A stretch of DNA of 60,578 nucleotides, filler included. It is 4 parts of 4 records of this genome, joined end to end, with 100 filler letters (N's around TTAATTAATTAA, not from the genome) between each part and the next. Parts side by side here need not be neighbours in the genome. Positions count along the whole stretch, not along the records: positions 41,427 to 50,687 come from SRR20825006_895; positions 50,788 to 60,578 come from SRR20825006_910; 2 more parts are not named here. One strand, 5' to 3'. Shown here piece by piece: positions 48,350 through 59,619 of this stretch. The notes below the pieces were generated by a model. It ran no database searches. It worked only from the letters and a program-made list of their open reading frames with translations, and was not told the origin of the DNA. The position numbers were made by a program, and so were the translations under genes. Numbering within the stretch: the first letter of the stretch is position 1; each line of letters begins with the position of its first letter.

Positions 48350-49165
48350 TCATTGCTCAGGCAGCAATTCACCGCAGTATTTGCAGTGAATGGCGTCGCG
48401 TTCGTGGTTGCCCTGTTGGCAAGACGTGCAACGCTTTAACCCTGCCTGACGTTGGTTTTCTTGCACGAGCTCCGCGCTGAGTATCCCGGTTGGGATGGCA
48501 ATGATGGCGTAGCTGGTAACCATTGCCATCGCTGCGATGGCGCGCCCCAGGGGCGAATGGGGAACAATATCACCGTAGCCGACTGTCGTGACGGTGACGA
48601 TGGCCCAGTAGATGCTTTGCGGCAGACTCGTGAAGCCATTTTCAGGCCCTTCGACCAAATACATCAAAGAACCGAAGACGATGACCAGTGTGACGACGGT
48701 GATGAAGAACACGGTAATTTTGTGGCGCGACGATTTGATCGAACGCACCAGAATATTCGCCTCAGACATGTACTTGAAAAGCTTAAACACGCGGAAAATA
48801 CGCAGTACGCGAAAGATGCGAATCACCAGCAAATGCTGGGCGCCGGGTAAAATTAACGCCAGGTAGGTGGGCAGTGTCGCTAGCAGATCGACGATGCCGT
48901 AGAAGCTGGTGATGTAGCGTTTTCGGTCTACAGAGCAGTATATTCGCGCTAGGTATTCGATACTAAACAGCACGGTAAAGGCGATTTCTGCAGTGTAAAA
49001 AAGCTCGCCATAGGCGGCATGCAGGGGCTCCACGGAGTCCAAAAATAGGGCTAAAACGCTCGCGATGATGACGATGATAAGCGCGATGTCGAAGTTCCTG
49101 CCCAGACCTGGCTCTGTGCCGAAGATAATCTCGCGAAGGCGCTCCTTGAAGGTATCGCCTGTCAT
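48350..49165 (-). CDS. Voltage-gated potassium channel-like ion transporter
   Basis: S4 IRIFRVLRIFRVFK; selectivity filter TTVGYGD; C-terminal CxxC..CxxC zinc ribbon. Confidence 0.92.
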   Translation of the reverse strand: MTGDTFKERLREIIFGTEPGLGRNFDIALIIVIIASVLALFLDSVEPLHAAYGELFYTAEIAFTVLFSIEYLARIYCSVDRKRYITSFYGIVDLLATLPTYLALILPGAQHLLVIRIFRVLRIFRVFKLFKYMSEANILVRSIKSSRHKITVFFITVVTLVIVFGSLMYLVEGPENGFTSLPQSIYWAIVTVTTVGYGDIVPHSPLGRAIAAMAMVTSYAIIAIPTGILSAELVQENQRQAGLKRCTSCQQGNHERDAIHCKYCGELLPEQ

Positions 49166-50469
49166 TGTGCCTGTTCCTCACGAATAACCGCGATAATCTC
49201 CCGGCAGAGGAATGCCAGTTGCTCGTCGTCAATGATGTAGGGCGGCATGGTATAGATGAGTTTTCCAAAGGGCCGAATCCAAACACCGTGATCGACGAAG
49301 CGGCGCTGAATAGAGGCCATCGTCACCGGTTCGGCCATTTCAATCACGCCGATGCCGCCGAGGCAGCGCACATCCGCAACGCCCGGGATCTCGCTGGCCG
49401 GTGATAAGCCTTGTTTTAATCCCTGCTCGATACGCTGGATATTGCCCTGCCAGTCGTTGGCAAGCAGCAGGTCGATGCTGGCATTGGCGATGGCGCAAGC
49501 CAGAGGGTTTCCCATAAAAGTCGGGCCGTGCATAAATACGCCAGCCTCACCCTGGCAAATACCTTGAGCAATATCTTCAGTGCACAGGGTAGCAGCAAGG
49601 CTTAGATAACCGCCGGTTAGCCCCTTGCCAACGCACATAATGTCGGGGCTGATGTCGGCGTGCTCACAGGCGAAAAGTTTACCTGTACGGCCGAAACCGG
49701 TGGCAATTTCGTCGTGAATCAGCAATACATCATAGCGGTCGCATAGCGCGCGCAGGCGGCGTAAATAGTCGGCAGAATAAAATCGCATGCCGCCAGCCCC
49801 TTGCACGATGGGTTCGACAATAACGGCCGCAACGTCGCCGTGGTGCTCGCGAAGCAGCGCTTCCACCGAGGCCATATCGCCATCACTGGCTGCCTGTCCA
49901 AATGGTGTTTGTGGCGCCTCTGCAAACAGTTGCTGACTCAACACTGAGCTAAATAAATGGTGCATACCATTGACGGGATCACACACTGCCATCGTGGCAA
50001 AGGTGTCGCCATGATAACCATTGCGAAGCGCGATAAGCCGATGCTTTGCTGATTGCCCCTTGGCGATCCAGTATTGCAGCGCCATTTTAATCGCGACTTC
50101 AACCGCGACTGACCCCGAGTCAGAAATAAATACTCGCTGCAGGGGGGGCGGCGTCAGGTCGACCAGCCGCTTGCCGAGTGTTGCCGCGGGGGCGTGGGTC
50201 AGGCCGCCGAACATAACGTGGGACATGTCTGCCAGCTGACGCTGTGCGGCGTCGTTTAACACGGGATGATTGTAGCCGTGAATCGCCGACCACCAAGATG
50301 ACATTCCATCGACTAAGCGCCTGTCGTCCGCCAAAACAATTTCAACACCACTGGCAGATTTAACCGGGAACATCTCTGGCGCGGATAGCGCAGACGCATA
50401 GGGGTGCCAGATATGATCGCGATCCCAAGCGAGCCAAGTGCTTGTGTCGATATTGCTGTAGTCGTGCAT
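49162..50469 (-). CDS. bioA: Adenosylmethionine-8-amino-7-oxononanoate aminotransferase
   Basis: HIWHPY, DGMSSWW, SGSVAVEVAIKMA, YHGDT, DEIATGFGRTG, GKGLTGG and HGPTFMGNPLAC. Confidence 0.96.
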   Translation of the reverse strand: MHDYSNIDTSTWLAWDRDHIWHPYASALSAPEMFPVKSASGVEIVLADDRRLVDGMSSWWSAIHGYNHPVLNDAAQRQLADMSHVMFGGLTHAPAATLGKRLVDLTPPPLQRVFISDSGSVAVEVAIKMALQYWIAKGQSAKHRLIALRNGYHGDTFATMAVCDPVNGMHHLFSSVLSQQLFAEAPQTPFGQAASDGDMASVEALLREHHGDVAAVIVEPIVQGAGGMRFYSADYLRRLRALCDRYDVLLIHDEIATGFGRTGKLFACEHADISPDIMCVGKGLTGGYLSLAATLCTEDIAQGICQGEAGVFMHGPTFMGNPLACAIANASIDLLLANDWQGNIQRIEQGLKQGLSPASEIPGVADVRCLGGIGVIEMAEPVTMASIQRRFVDHGVWIRPFGKLIYTMPPYIIDDEQLAFLCREIIAVIREEQAQ

Positions 50470-50580
50470 AGCGGTCTCCGTTGCTGGCCAGCTATTCTAG
50501 AAGCTGACGCCGCGTTTTGCATCTGCCGAGCGTGGTAGGGATACTGGAGGGCATTGCGATAACTCGATTGGAGGCAACAG

Positions 50581-50687
50581 ATGAGCCAATTTCGTGTGGT
50601 AACCGACAGCATGGGCGACGTCAGCGTGCCGGTTGATGCCAAGTTTTCCGCCCAAACCCAGCGGGCATTGGACAACTTTCAGATCAG
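50581..50687 (+). CDS. fumC: Class II fumarate hydratase, N-terminal fragment (truncated at contig end)
   Basis: [43 protein letters not shown] matches the fumarase/aspartase N-terminus. Confidence 0.75.
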
Positions 50688-50787
50688 NNNNNNNNNNNNN
50701 NNNNNNNNNNNNNNNNNNNNNNNNNNNNNNNTTAATTAATTAANNNNNNNNNNNNNNNNNNNNNNNNNNNNNNNNNNNNNNNNNNNN
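50688..50787. other. Artificial contig spacer
   Basis: N44-TTAATTAATTAA-N44. Confidence 0.98.
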
Positions 50788-50997
50788 GTACTTATTGTTG
50801 AGCCGAGTAGCGATGATAGTCGTGTCGACTGGCATCTGGTTGATCGCTGGCGTTATTTCGGTACTTTCACCGATTGCCGCCCGGAGAGCGATGACTGCGA
50901 ACAACGCGTGCTCGCGGCTCAGCCCTTTGACTACGATCACTACCGCATTTTGCAGTCTTTTCGTCAGCGTTTGACATGGCAGTCGCTAAAGCCGTGA
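50788..50997 (+). CDS. C-terminal fragment of a Cho/UvrC-like (GIY-YIG / epsilon-exonuclease fusion) protein
   Basis: Open frame from the contig edge: VLIVE...WHLVDRWRYFGT...PFDYDHYRIL...*, resembling the H..D.W..LG..FD.D.Y.IL C-terminus of Cho-like proteins. Confidence 0.55.
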   Translation, partial: VLIVEPSSDDSRVDWHLVDRWRYFGTFTDCRPESDDCEQRVLAAQPFDYDHYRILQSFRQRLTWQSLKP

Positions 50998-51095
50998 AGC
51001 GCGTGCGCGGATGCCCTACAATAGCGCCATGTTTTTGCCTTGGTCGCCCTGCTGGGGTGCTCCTGAATTTTTGACTGACTTTGAAAAGGCCGATT

Positions 51096-52271
51096 ATGAG
51101 CATTTCTTCTTTCCACCCCCCTGTGCGCACGTTGATGGGGCCGGGGCCCTCAGACGTTCACCCACGCATTCTTGAGGCACTTGGCCGCCCAACCCTGGGG
51201 CATCTTGATCCATTATTCGTCGGAATGATGGACGAGCTGAAGAGCCTGCTTAAATACGCTTTTAACACCGAAAACGAATTAACCTTGCCGATTTCCGCTC
51301 CGGGTTCTGCCGGTATGGAGGCGTGTTTTGTTAACTTGGTAGAGCCAGGTGATACCGTTATCGTTTGTATCAACGGTGTATTTGGTACCCGCATGCGCGA
51401 GAACGTGACCCGCATCGGCGCAACGGCGGTAACCGTTGACGGCGAGTGGGGGAAGCCTGTTGATCCGGCCCAGCTCGAAGAAGCGCTGAAAGCGCATCCC
51501 GAAGCAAAAGTCGTGGCATTTGTTCACGCGGAGACGTCTACTGGCGCCCTGAGTGATGCCAAAACACTTTGTGCCCTGGCGCGTCAGTATGACTGCCTGA
51601 GTATTGTCGATGCGGTTACCTCTCTCGGCGGTGTGGAATTGCGCGTTGACGACTGGGGAATCGACGCCATCTATTCCGGCAGCCAGAAGTGCCTGTCGTG
51701 TACGCCAGGTTTGTCCCCAGTCAGTTTTAGTGACGCTGCCATTGCGGCCATCAAGGCTCGCAAGCACCCCGTGCAGAGCTGGTTCCTGGATATGAACCTG
51801 ATTCTGGGTTACTGGGGAGAAGGCGGTAAGCGCGCCTATCACCACACGGCGCCTGTCAATGCGCTGTATGGCCTGCACGAGTCATTGGTCATGCTGCAGG
51901 AAGAGGGGCTGGAGAACGCGTGGGCTCGCCACCGCCGCATGCACAATGCACTCGCTGCGGGCTTGGAGAGTCTCGGTATGCGTTTTGTTGTGGATGCCGA
52001 CAGCCGCTTGCCGCAGCTGAACAGCGTGTACATCCCAGAAGGGGTTGATGATGCGGCTGTGCGTCAGCAATTGCTCGCCGACCACAACCTGGAGATCGGC
52101 GCCGGGCTGGGTGACTTTGCAGGCAAAGTATGGCGAATTGGCCTGATGGGCTACAGCGCACGGATGGAGAACATCGAACTGCTGCTGGCGTCATTGGCCG
52201 AGGCCATGCAAGCCCAGGGTTACGACTGTGACGCCCAGGCAGCGCTCGCGGCAGCACGCGCGCAGGCCTAA
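51096..52271 (+). CDS. Alanine--glyoxylate / serine--pyruvate aminotransferase (class V PLP)
   Basis: LMGPGPSDV, VHAETSTG, VDAVTSLGG, SGSQKCL, YHHTAP and WRIGLMG. Confidence 0.92.
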   Translation: MSISSFHPPVRTLMGPGPSDVHPRILEALGRPTLGHLDPLFVGMMDELKSLLKYAFNTENELTLPISAPGSAGMEACFVNLVEPGDTVIVCINGVFGTRMRENVTRIGATAVTVDGEWGKPVDPAQLEEALKAHPEAKVVAFVHAETSTGALSDAKTLCALARQYDCLSIVDAVTSLGGVELRVDDWGIDAIYSGSQKCLSCTPGLSPVSFSDAAIAAIKARKHPVQSWFLDMNLILGYWGEGGKRAYHHTAPVNALYGLHESLVMLQEEGLENAWARHRRMHNALAAGLESLGMRFVVDADSRLPQLNSVYIPEGVDDAAVRQQLLADHNLEIGAGLGDFAGKVWRIGLMGYSARMENIELLLASLAEAMQAQGYDCDAQAALAAARAQA

Positions 52272-52356
52272 ATTCGTCTCGGTTTATGCCGATAGTGCTC
52301 AACACAGATTCTGCTAGGCTTGAGGTGAAAAAAATCGGTCTACAGGAGTTTGTCGC

Positions 52357-53202
52357 TTGAGCACTAGCGGACAATTTATCGAACAAATTCGCGCAGATCT
52401 GCTCCGCGCCATCGAAGACGATGCGGTAAGCCTGCCTACGCTTCCCGAGGTCGCGCTGGAAATTCGTGAAGCGGCCAGTGACCCAGACGTTGAGATTCCG
52501 ATCCTGGCGGCGATCATCGAGCATGACAGCTCCATCGCCGCGCGTCTTATCCGGGTTGCGAATAGCTCATTGCTAAGGGGCCTTGAGCCCACCTACGATG
52601 TGAAGGGTGCGATTTCGCGAATCGGTCTGGCCTATACCTCGACCATGGTTACGACCCTGGCGATGCAGCAAATCTTCCTGTCGAACAAAGATGCATTGAA
52701 CAAGCGGATGCGCGCAGTGTGGGTGCACAGCGCAGATGTTGCCGCCATTTGCCATACCCTGGCGAAAACACAGCGTCACCTGAAACCAGAACTTGCCACG
52801 CTTGCCGGTGTGATCCACCAGATTGGTGCATTGCCTATTCTTTCCTACGCCGTGGGGCGGGGGGTGATCCGTGACCATCCGCAGTTGCTCGACCAGGTGT
52901 TGATTGCGCTGACACCGGAATTGGGGCGGGTCATTCTTGAGTCGTGGGGCTTTCCCGACGAGCTGGTGATTGTCCCCGAGGCGCACCTGGATTTTAGCCG
53001 TCACTTGGAGCGGCCCGACTACGCTGACCTCGTCACGGTTGCCAATTTGCACACCTACGCCGGTACAGAGCACCCCTTTGGTCAAGTTGAATGGGCGGGC
53101 GTTGCCGCCTTTGAGCGCTTGGGACTACCGGTCAATCCCGGTGAGATGGACGAGAGCTACCAACAGCAGATCGAGCAAATGCAGGACCTGCTTAGGGCTT
53201 AA
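52357..53202 (+). CDS. HDOD domain-containing protein
   Basis: LPTLPEVA, ARLIRVANS, AISRIG, LAGVIHQIG and ILESWGFP; TTG start after AGGAG. Confidence 0.9.
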   Translation: MSTSGQFIEQIRADLLRAIEDDAVSLPTLPEVALEIREAASDPDVEIPILAAIIEHDSSIAARLIRVANSSLLRGLEPTYDVKGAISRIGLAYTSTMVTTLAMQQIFLSNKDALNKRMRAVWVHSADVAAICHTLAKTQRHLKPELATLAGVIHQIGALPILSYAVGRGVIRDHPQLLDQVLIALTPELGRVILESWGFPDELVIVPEAHLDFSRHLERPDYADLVTVANLHTYAGTEHPFGQVEWAGVAAFERLGLPVNPGEMDESYQQQIEQMQDLLRA

Positions 53203-53214
53203 TGCTACCTTGGC

Positions 53215-53979
53215 CTAGTCTTTTGGCTGGGCGTCGAATTGTTGCCCGTTCACCTCGCGGCTGTCGTCGCTCATCAAATAGAGATAGAGCGGCATAATGG
53301 CCTCGGGGGAGGGGTTATCGGTCGGGTTTTCACCGGGATAGGCGCTGCGGCGCATTTCGGTGTTCGTGGCCCCTGGGTTAATACTATTCACCCGAGTACC
53401 ATTTAAGTCGTATTCCTCGTCGGCAAGAATTTGCATCATCGCTTCGGTGGCAAATTTTGAAACCGAGTACGCGCCCCAGAAAGCGCGCCCTTTCCGTCCC
53501 ACGCTCGATGAGGTAAACACCAGCGATCCATTTTTCGATGCTGCGAGTACGGGTAGCAATGCTTGCGTCATCATAAACTGCGCGTTCACGTTGACCTGCA
53601 TAACTTCTTCCCAGCTGTCCAGCGTGGTTTGGGCAAGTGAGCGCCGCTGGCCGAGAATGCTGGCATTGTGAAGCAGGCCATCGAGGCGGCCGAACTCCCG
53701 CTCTATGGTGTCGGCCAACTCCTGGTAGTCGTGTGCAGCGGCGCCCCGCAGGTGCATGGGGTAAATAGCGGCTTGTGGCGCCGACATGGCTTCGATTTCG
53801 TCGTACACCGCTTCGAGTTTTTCTATGGTTCTGCCAAGCAAGATGACCGTGGCGCCGTGCTTTGCAAAACTCAGTGCTGCCGCGCGCCCGATGCCGTCGC
53901 CGGCACCTGTGACCAAAATAACTTTATCTTTCAAACACTCTGCATCGGCAGTGAAATTTACAGGTAGGCGTTGTGGCAC
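53215..53979 (-). CDS. yciK: YciK family short-chain oxidoreductase
   Basis: TGAGDGIG, LLHNASILG, TSSSVG...WGAYSVSKFATE and NPGATNT.MR..AYP. Confidence 0.9.
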   Translation of the reverse strand: MPQRLPVNFTADAECLKDKVILVTGAGDGIGRAAALSFAKHGATVILLGRTIEKLEAVYDEIEAMSAPQAAIYPMHLRGAAAHDYQELADTIEREFGRLDGLLHNASILGQRRSLAQTTLDSWEEVMQVNVNAQFMMTQALLPVLAASKNGSLVFTSSSVGRKGRAFWGAYSVSKFATEAMMQILADEEYDLNGTRVNSINPGATNTEMRRSAYPGENPTDNPSPEAIMPLYLYLMSDDSREVNGQQFDAQPKD

Positions 53980-53990
53980 GGATTGTCCTC

Positions 53991-54653
53991 TTAGGCTTGC
54001 AGTTGCTGAAGGGCATCATCAAGTTGTTGGGCGTGGTCGATAATAATATCGGCCTTCCAGTCGCTAATATCCTCTCCCAAAGGGACATAGCCATAGCGAC
54101 AGGCGATCGTTTTCATGCCGGCATTGCGTCCCGCATCAATATCGCGGCGGTGGTCGCCGACATAGATGGCTTCTGAGGGGCGAATACCGAGGTGCTTACA
54201 GGCCAGGTACATCGGCTCTGGATGAGGTTTGCGGTTGCTCACATCGTCCGGGCAAATTGCGGTCGCACAGCGACTGGTCAAGGCCAGCTGTTTCAGTAGC
54301 GGCGTGGTAAAGCGCGCGGGCTTGTTGGTAACAATGCCCCAGGCGATGCCTCGGCTCTCTAATTTTTGGAGCTGGCCCTCCATGCCGGGAAAAAGGCTGG
54401 TTTCCTCTGACAGCGAGGCCTCATAGCGGTCTAGAAAGGCGTTCAGAAGTGGTGCAAAAGCCGGGTCTTCTGGCTCGAGCCCAAAGCCCAGTCGTACCAC
54501 CGCGCGCGCGCCTTCAGAGACGCAGCACCGCACTGAATTGTAGTCTTGCAACGGTCGCTGATGCTCGGCTAACAGGCCGTTGAGAACGCGGGTAAAATCG
54601 GCCGCGGTGTCGAGCAGGGTGCCATCAAGGTCAAATAAAACGGCTTTTAGCAT
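53991..54653 (-). CDS. mupP: HAD phosphatase (N-acetylmuramate 6-phosphate phosphatase MupP / Gph-like)
   Basis: FDLDGTLLDT, VTNKP, KPHPEP and YVGDHRRDI; ubiG-mupP-yciK synteny. Confidence 0.8.
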   Translation of the reverse strand: MLKAVLFDLDGTLLDTAADFTRVLNGLLAEHQRPLQDYNSVRCCVSEGARAVVRLGFGLEPEDPAFAPLLNAFLDRYEASLSEETSLFPGMEGQLQKLESRGIAWGIVTNKPARFTTPLLKQLALTSRCATAICPDDVSNRKPHPEPMYLACKHLGIRPSEAIYVGDHRRDIDAGRNAGMKTIACRYGYVPLGEDISDWKADIIIDHAQQLDDALQQLQA

Positions 54654-55372
54654 TACAGCAGCTTCTTAACGTGAACCATATAGTTCACATCGACATCGTT
54701 TTCATTCAGGCGATAGCGCTTGAACAGCGGGTTGTAGGTCAGCCCGGTCATGTGCTGTAGCTGAAGATCATTTTCTCTCAGCCAGTCGGCCAGTTCGGAG
54801 GGCCGTATGAATTTGCTGTATTCATGGGTGCCTTTGGGGAGCAGCCCGAGAATATACTCAGCGCCGACAATGCTGAGCGCAAAGGCTTTGGGGTTGCGGT
54901 TTATGGTTGAAAAATAGAGGTTGCCACCGGGTTTGCATAATTTGGCGCAGGCGCGAATGACCGATGCTGGGTTCGGCACGTGTTCAAGCATTTCCAAGCA
55001 GGTGACGATGTCGTAGTGGCCGGCCTGGTCTTCGGCGATTTCTTCTGCGGTGGCCTGGAAGTATTCAACCTTGGCGCCCGACTCCAGTTGATGTAAGCGC
55101 GCAACGCTCAGCGGCGCCTCACCCATATCGATACCGGTGACTTTGGCGCCACGCAAGGCCATTGACTCCGAGAGGATGCCGCCGCCGCAGCCGATGTCTA
55201 TCACGCGCTGCTCTGCGAGCGGCGAGCGTTCATCAATGTAGTTTACCCGCAGCGGGTTGATGTCGTGCAGTGGCTTAAACTCACTGTTGCGGTCCCACCA
55301 GCGATGAGCCAGTTCCTCGAACTTGGCGATTTCTGATGGATCGACATTGCTGTGTTGTGATGATGCTTGCAT
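54653..55372 (-). CDS. ubiG: Ubiquinone biosynthesis O-methyltransferase
   Basis: [37 protein letters not shown] and PKGTH; GGAG RBS before the ATG at 55372. Confidence 0.96.
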   Translation of the reverse strand: MQASSQHSNVDPSEIAKFEELAHRWWDRNSEFKPLHDINPLRVNYIDERSPLAEQRVIDIGCGGGILSESMALRGAKVTGIDMGEAPLSVARLHQLESGAKVEYFQATAEEIAEDQAGHYDIVTCLEMLEHVPNPASVIRACAKLCKPGGNLYFSTINRNPKAFALSIVGAEYILGLLPKGTHEYSKFIRPSELADWLRENDLQLQHMTGLTYNPLFKRYRLNENDVDVNYMVHVKKLL

Positions 55373-55373
55373 G

Positions 55374-56714
55374 CTACTCTCCACTGATTTTTTGCCGCCA
55401 GTACTGCGCTTTTTCGATAACTTCGCGGCTGTCCAGCGTGGTTAGTTCGCCATTATCCAGCATACGTCGGCCTTTGATCCAGCTGTGGCGCACGCAATGG
55501 CTAATATTGGTGTACACCAGTTGCGAAACGGGTGTGTAAATGGGTTGCTGTGGCAGGTCGGTCAGGTCGATTGCGATCACATCGGCGTGTTTGCCGAGCT
55601 CCAGGCTGCCGGTAATGTGGTCGATGCCCAGTGCGCGGGCGCCGTTGATAGTGGCCATTTGCAGAGCGTAGTGGTCCGGCACTGCAGCGGCATCTGCGGC
55701 GACTGCTTTGCCAAGCAGGGCGGCGGTGCGCAATTCGCCAAACATGTCCAGGTCGTTGTTGCTGGCCGCGCCATCGGTGCCGAGGGCGACATTAATGCCG
55801 GCATTGCGCATTTTTTCCACCGGTGAAAAGCCACTGGCTAACTTGAGGTTGGACTCGGGGCAATGAATCGCGTGGCTGCGGTGCTCGGCTAGCAGGGCGA
55901 TATCGTCATCGTTGAGGCAGGCGAGGTGCACACACTGGCTGCGCGGCCCCAATAGACCCAATTTGGCCAGCCTTTCGATAGGTCTCAGGCCGGTTTGTTT
56001 GAGTGCGTCGTCAACCTCGTGCTGTGTTTCATGGAGGTGGATCTGTATAGCGCAGTCGAGTTCTTCGGCAAACATCACCACCTTGCTCATCGCCTCATCA
56101 CCGACGGTGTAGGGGGCATGGGGGCCAAAGGCAATATTGATCAGGTCGCTGTGCTTGTAGTCGTCGCGCAAGGCCAAACCCTTGCGAAAATACTCGTCGG
56201 GGCCGCTACCCCAGGCGCTGGGGAAGTCGAAGATGGGAAAGCACAGTTGCGCGCGTATTCCGGCGCGCCGTGCGACTTCGGCGGCGGCTTCAGGAAAAAA
56301 GTACATGTCGCTAAACGTGGTTGTCCCGCCGCGTAGCATCTCGGCAATTGCCAGTGCCGTTCCGTCACGAACAAATTCCTCGCCCACCCATTGGCCTTCG
56401 GCCGGCCATATATGCTCGTTGAGCCACTGCTGAAGGGGTTGGTCATCCGCCATGCCGCGAAACAGGCTCATGGCGGTGTGGCCATGAGCATTAATGAGGC
56501 CGGGCATCAGCAGCTGGTCGCCGAGCGCAATGTGTTCATGTGCGGAAAGGCCACGGGCCTCGGCCTCTGGGAGAATGCCGCTGATGCAGCCGTCGGTAAT
56601 GGCCAGTGCGTGGTTTTCAAGCAATGGGCAGCCTTCACTCATGGGTAATATCCAGCGAGCGGAGATCAGGGTGTCAATGCGGTCGAGGGCGGCACGGCTC
56701 ATGGTGTAAGACAT
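55374..56714 (-). CDS. mtaD: TRZ/ATZ family amidohydrolase (5-methylthioadenosine/SAH deaminase-like)
   Basis: [34 protein letters not shown] and GTDGAASNN. Confidence 0.85.
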   Translation of the reverse strand: MSYTMSRAALDRIDTLISARWILPMSEGCPLLENHALAITDGCISGILPEAEARGLSAHEHIALGDQLLMPGLINAHGHTAMSLFRGMADDQPLQQWLNEHIWPAEGQWVGEEFVRDGTALAIAEMLRGGTTTFSDMYFFPEAAAEVARRAGIRAQLCFPIFDFPSAWGSGPDEYFRKGLALRDDYKHSDLINIAFGPHAPYTVGDEAMSKVVMFAEELDCAIQIHLHETQHEVDDALKQTGLRPIERLAKLGLLGPRSQCVHLACLNDDDIALLAEHRSHAIHCPESNLKLASGFSPVEKMRNAGINVALGTDGAASNNDLDMFGELRTAALLGKAVAADAAAVPDHYALQMATINGARALGIDHITGSLELGKHADVIAIDLTDLPQQPIYTPVSQLVYTNISHCVRHSWIKGRRMLDNGELTTLDSREVIEKAQYWRQKISGE

Positions 56715-56944
56715 TCCTAGCGTGAAAGCGGCAAGTATACCTGTTCCTGTGTGCAGTTGTGACGATAAGGCGCTGATATTCGGCCTTTATACGCTGTCTA
56801 TGCACACTTGGAATATGCTAATATTCTCGCTTTGTTTCCCGCTTGGCCACCGCCAGATTGGTTGGGCGGCAGGGCAGTAAAAACGCGCATTGGGCGGCGC
56901 TGCTGCCGCTCAAGGGTCGCTGACAATAAGGATGCTTGCTATTC

Positions 56945-59575
56945 ATGGCTGACAATGCAAATGAAATTCTGCCGGTAAACATCGAGGATGAGCTGAAACA
57001 GTCCTACCTCGACTATGCAATGAGCGTAATTGTTGGGCGCGCCTTGCCCGATGTGCGCGATGGCCTCAAACCGGTGCACCGTCGGGTGTTGTTCGCGATG
57101 AGCGAGCTGAGCAACGACTGGAACAAAGCGTATAAGAAATCTGCTCGTGTCGTTGGTGACGTGATCGGTAAGTACCACCCACACGGCGACTCGGCGGTTT
57201 ACGACACGATTGTCCGCATGGCGCAGCCATTTTCCATGCGGTATATGCTGGTGGATGGTCAAGGTAACTTCGGCTCGATTGACGGTGATAACGCGGCGGC
57301 AATGCGTTATACCGAGATTCGCATGCAGAAAATCTCCCATGAGATGCTTGCCGACCTCGATAAAGAAACGGTCGACTGGGTGCCTAACTACGACGGTACT
57401 GAACAAATCCCTGCCGTATTGCCCACCAAAATTCCCAGTCTGTTGGTCAATGGTTCCTCGGGTATCGCCGTTGGTATGGCGACGAATATCCCCCCCCACA
57501 ACCTGACCGAAGTGGTTAACGGCTGTTTGGCGCTGTTGGACAATCCCGACATTTCGATTGATGAATTGATGGAGCATATTCCAGGGCCGGACTTCCCAAC
57601 GGCGGCGATCATCAACGGTCGAGCGGGCATTGTAGATGCCTACCGAACCGGCCGCGGCCGGATTTATGTGCGCTCTCGCGCTGAAGTAATCAGCAATGAA
57701 AAAACCAACAAAGACACCATCGTCATTACCGAGCTGCCCTACCAAGTCAACAAGGCGCGCTTGATCGAGAAAATTGCCGAGCTGGTAAAAGACAAAAAAA
57801 TTGAAGGTATTGCCGAGCTCCGCGACGAATCTGACAAAGACGGCCTGCGCGTTGTGATTGAAATGAAGCGCGGCGAAAGCGGTGAGGTGGTGCTGAATAA
57901 TCTGTATGCACAAACGCAGCTGCAGAATGTTTTTGGCATCAATATTGTCGCCTTGGTGGACAATCAGCCGCGCATTCTCAACCTCAAGGAGTTGCTGGAG
58001 TACTTTGTTCGCCACCGCCGTGAGGTGGTAACGCGGCGCACTGTGTACTTGCTGCGCAAAGCGCGTGAGCGCGGTCATGTGTTGGAAGGTCTTGCGGTAG
58101 CGATCTCGAATATCGACGAGGTGATTGCCACGATCAAGGCGTCGGCGACGACGCAAGAAGCCAAAGAAAACCTGATCTCCCGCGGTTGGGCGCTCGGTGA
58201 AGTAAGTGCCATGCTCGAGCGAGCCGGCGAAGATGCCTGCCGCCCCGATGAGCTGGAAGAGCAGTACGGCGTTCGCGATGGCAACTATTGGCTGTCGCCG
58301 GCGCAGGTTCAAGCCATCCTTGAGCTGCGTCTGCAAAAACTCACCGGGCTTGAGCATGAGAAACTGTTGGCCGAGTACCAGGAAAAGCTGGCAGAAATTG
58401 CCGAGTATTTGAGTATTTTGGCCGATCCGCAGGTGCTGCTGAACGTTATTCGCGGCGAGCTAGAGCAAGTTGTTGCGGATTTTGGCGATGAGCGCCGCAC
58501 CGAAATTGTTGCCTCTCAGCTCGATTTAACCCACGAAGATCTGATCCCTGAAGAAGACCGCGTGGTGACCATCTCCCACGGCGGTTATGCCAAGTCGCAG
58601 CCGCTTGATGCCTACGCGGCGCAGCGTCGCGGCGGGATGGGTAAGTCGGCGACGGCAGTAAAAGAAGAGGACTTTGTCGAGCACCTGTTGGTGGCCAATA
58701 CCCACGACACTATCTTGTGCTTCAGTAATATCGGCAAAGTGTATTGGTTGAAGGTCTACCAAATTCCGGTTGCAGGCCGCAATTCTCGCGGGCGCCCGAT
58801 GGTCAATCTATTGCCACTGGGTGAGGATGAGCGCATTACCTCTATCCTTCCGGTTCACGAGTATACCGAGGGCTACTTTATCTTCATGGCGACCGCCAAC
58901 GGCACCGTTAAGAAAACGCCTCTTGAGGCCTTCTCCCGCCCGCGTAGCGTCGGTTTGATCGCGCTAGCGCTGGATGAAGGGGACGTGCTGATCGGCACTG
59001 AGATCACCGACGGCAGCAACGATGTCATGTTGCTGACCAGCGGCGGGAAAGCGGCGCGCTTTGCTGAGGGCGATGTACGGGCCATGGGTCGTACCGCGCG
59101 CGGTGTGCGCGGCGTGCGTATGGACGACGACCAGCAGGTCATCGCAATGATCATTCCCAAGACCGGTGGGCGGGTGCTGACGGTGTCAGAAAACGGTTAC
59201 GGTAAGCGAACCGATGTAGACGATTTCCCCTGTAAAGGCCGAGGAAATCGCGGCGTTATCGCCATGACGATGAGCGACCGTAACGGGGCACTGGTTGGCG
59301 CCGTACAGGTATTTGATGGTGATGATCTGATGCTGATCACCGACCAGGGAACCTTGGTGCGTACCCGCACCGATGAGATCTCTTTGCTCAGCCGTAATAC
59401 TCAGGGCGTGAAGGTGATTCGTTTGCGTGACGACGAGCATTTAGTCGGCGTACAGCGTGTCGCAGAGCAAGACGTAGACGATGTGGTTGAGGATGTTGAG
59501 CTCAGTGCTGAGGCGCCCGCTGGTGAGGCCCCTGCTGCTGATGACGCAGACAACAACAGCCCGGCTGCCGAATAA
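56945..59575 (+). CDS. gyrA: DNA gyrase subunit A
   Basis: [30 protein letters not shown], catalytic AAMRYTE, GyrA-box QRRGGMG, beta-pinwheel repeats and acidic tail. Confidence 0.98.
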   Translation: MADNANEILPVNIEDELKQSYLDYAMSVIVGRALPDVRDGLKPVHRRVLFAMSELSNDWNKAYKKSARVVGDVIGKYHPHGDSAVYDTIVRMAQPFSMRYMLVDGQGNFGSIDGDNAAAMRYTEIRMQKISHEMLADLDKETVDWVPNYDGTEQIPAVLPTKIPSLLVNGSSGIAVGMATNIPPHNLTEVVNGCLALLDNPDISIDELMEHIPGPDFPTAAIINGRAGIVDAYRTGRGRIYVRSRAEVISNEKTNKDTIVITELPYQVNKARLIEKIAELVKDKKIEGIAELRDESDKDGLRVVIEMKRGESGEVVLNNLYAQTQLQNVFGINIVALVDNQPRILNLKELLEYFVRHRREVVTRRTVYLLRKARERGHVLEGLAVAISNIDEVIATIKASATTQEAKENLISRGWALGEVSAMLERAGEDACRPDELEEQYGVRDGNYWLSPAQVQAILELRLQKLTGLEHEKLLAEYQEKLAEIAEYLSILADPQVLLNVIRGELEQVVADFGDERRTEIVASQLDLTHEDLIPEEDRVVTISHGGYAKSQPLDAYAAQRRGGMGKSATAVKEEDFVEHLLVANTHDTILCFSNIGKVYWLKVYQIPVAGRNSRGRPMVNLLPLGEDERITSILPVHEYTEGYFIFMATANGTVKKTPLEAFSRPRSVGLIALALDEGDVLIGTEITDGSNDVMLLTSGGKAARFAEGDVRAMGRTARGVRGVRMDDDQQVIAMIIPKTGGRVLTVSENGYGKRTDVDDFPCKGRGNRGVIAMTMSDRNGALVGAVQVFDGDDLMLITDQGTLVRTRTDEISLLSRNTQGVKVIRLRDDEHLVGVQRVAEQDVDDVVEDVELSAEAPAGEAPAADDADNNSPAAE

Positions 59576-59619
59576 AGCGGATTACACATTTTTTAAACAT
59601 GGTTGGAGCGAAGTAAACA

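Noticed and set aside
57170..57210. Quinolone-resistance mutation in gyrA
   Set aside because: The QRDR reads HGDSAVYDT, the susceptible-type sequence.
56939..58357. 472-aa minus-strand ORF
   Set aside because: Lies entirely antisense to gyrA; a codon-bias shadow.
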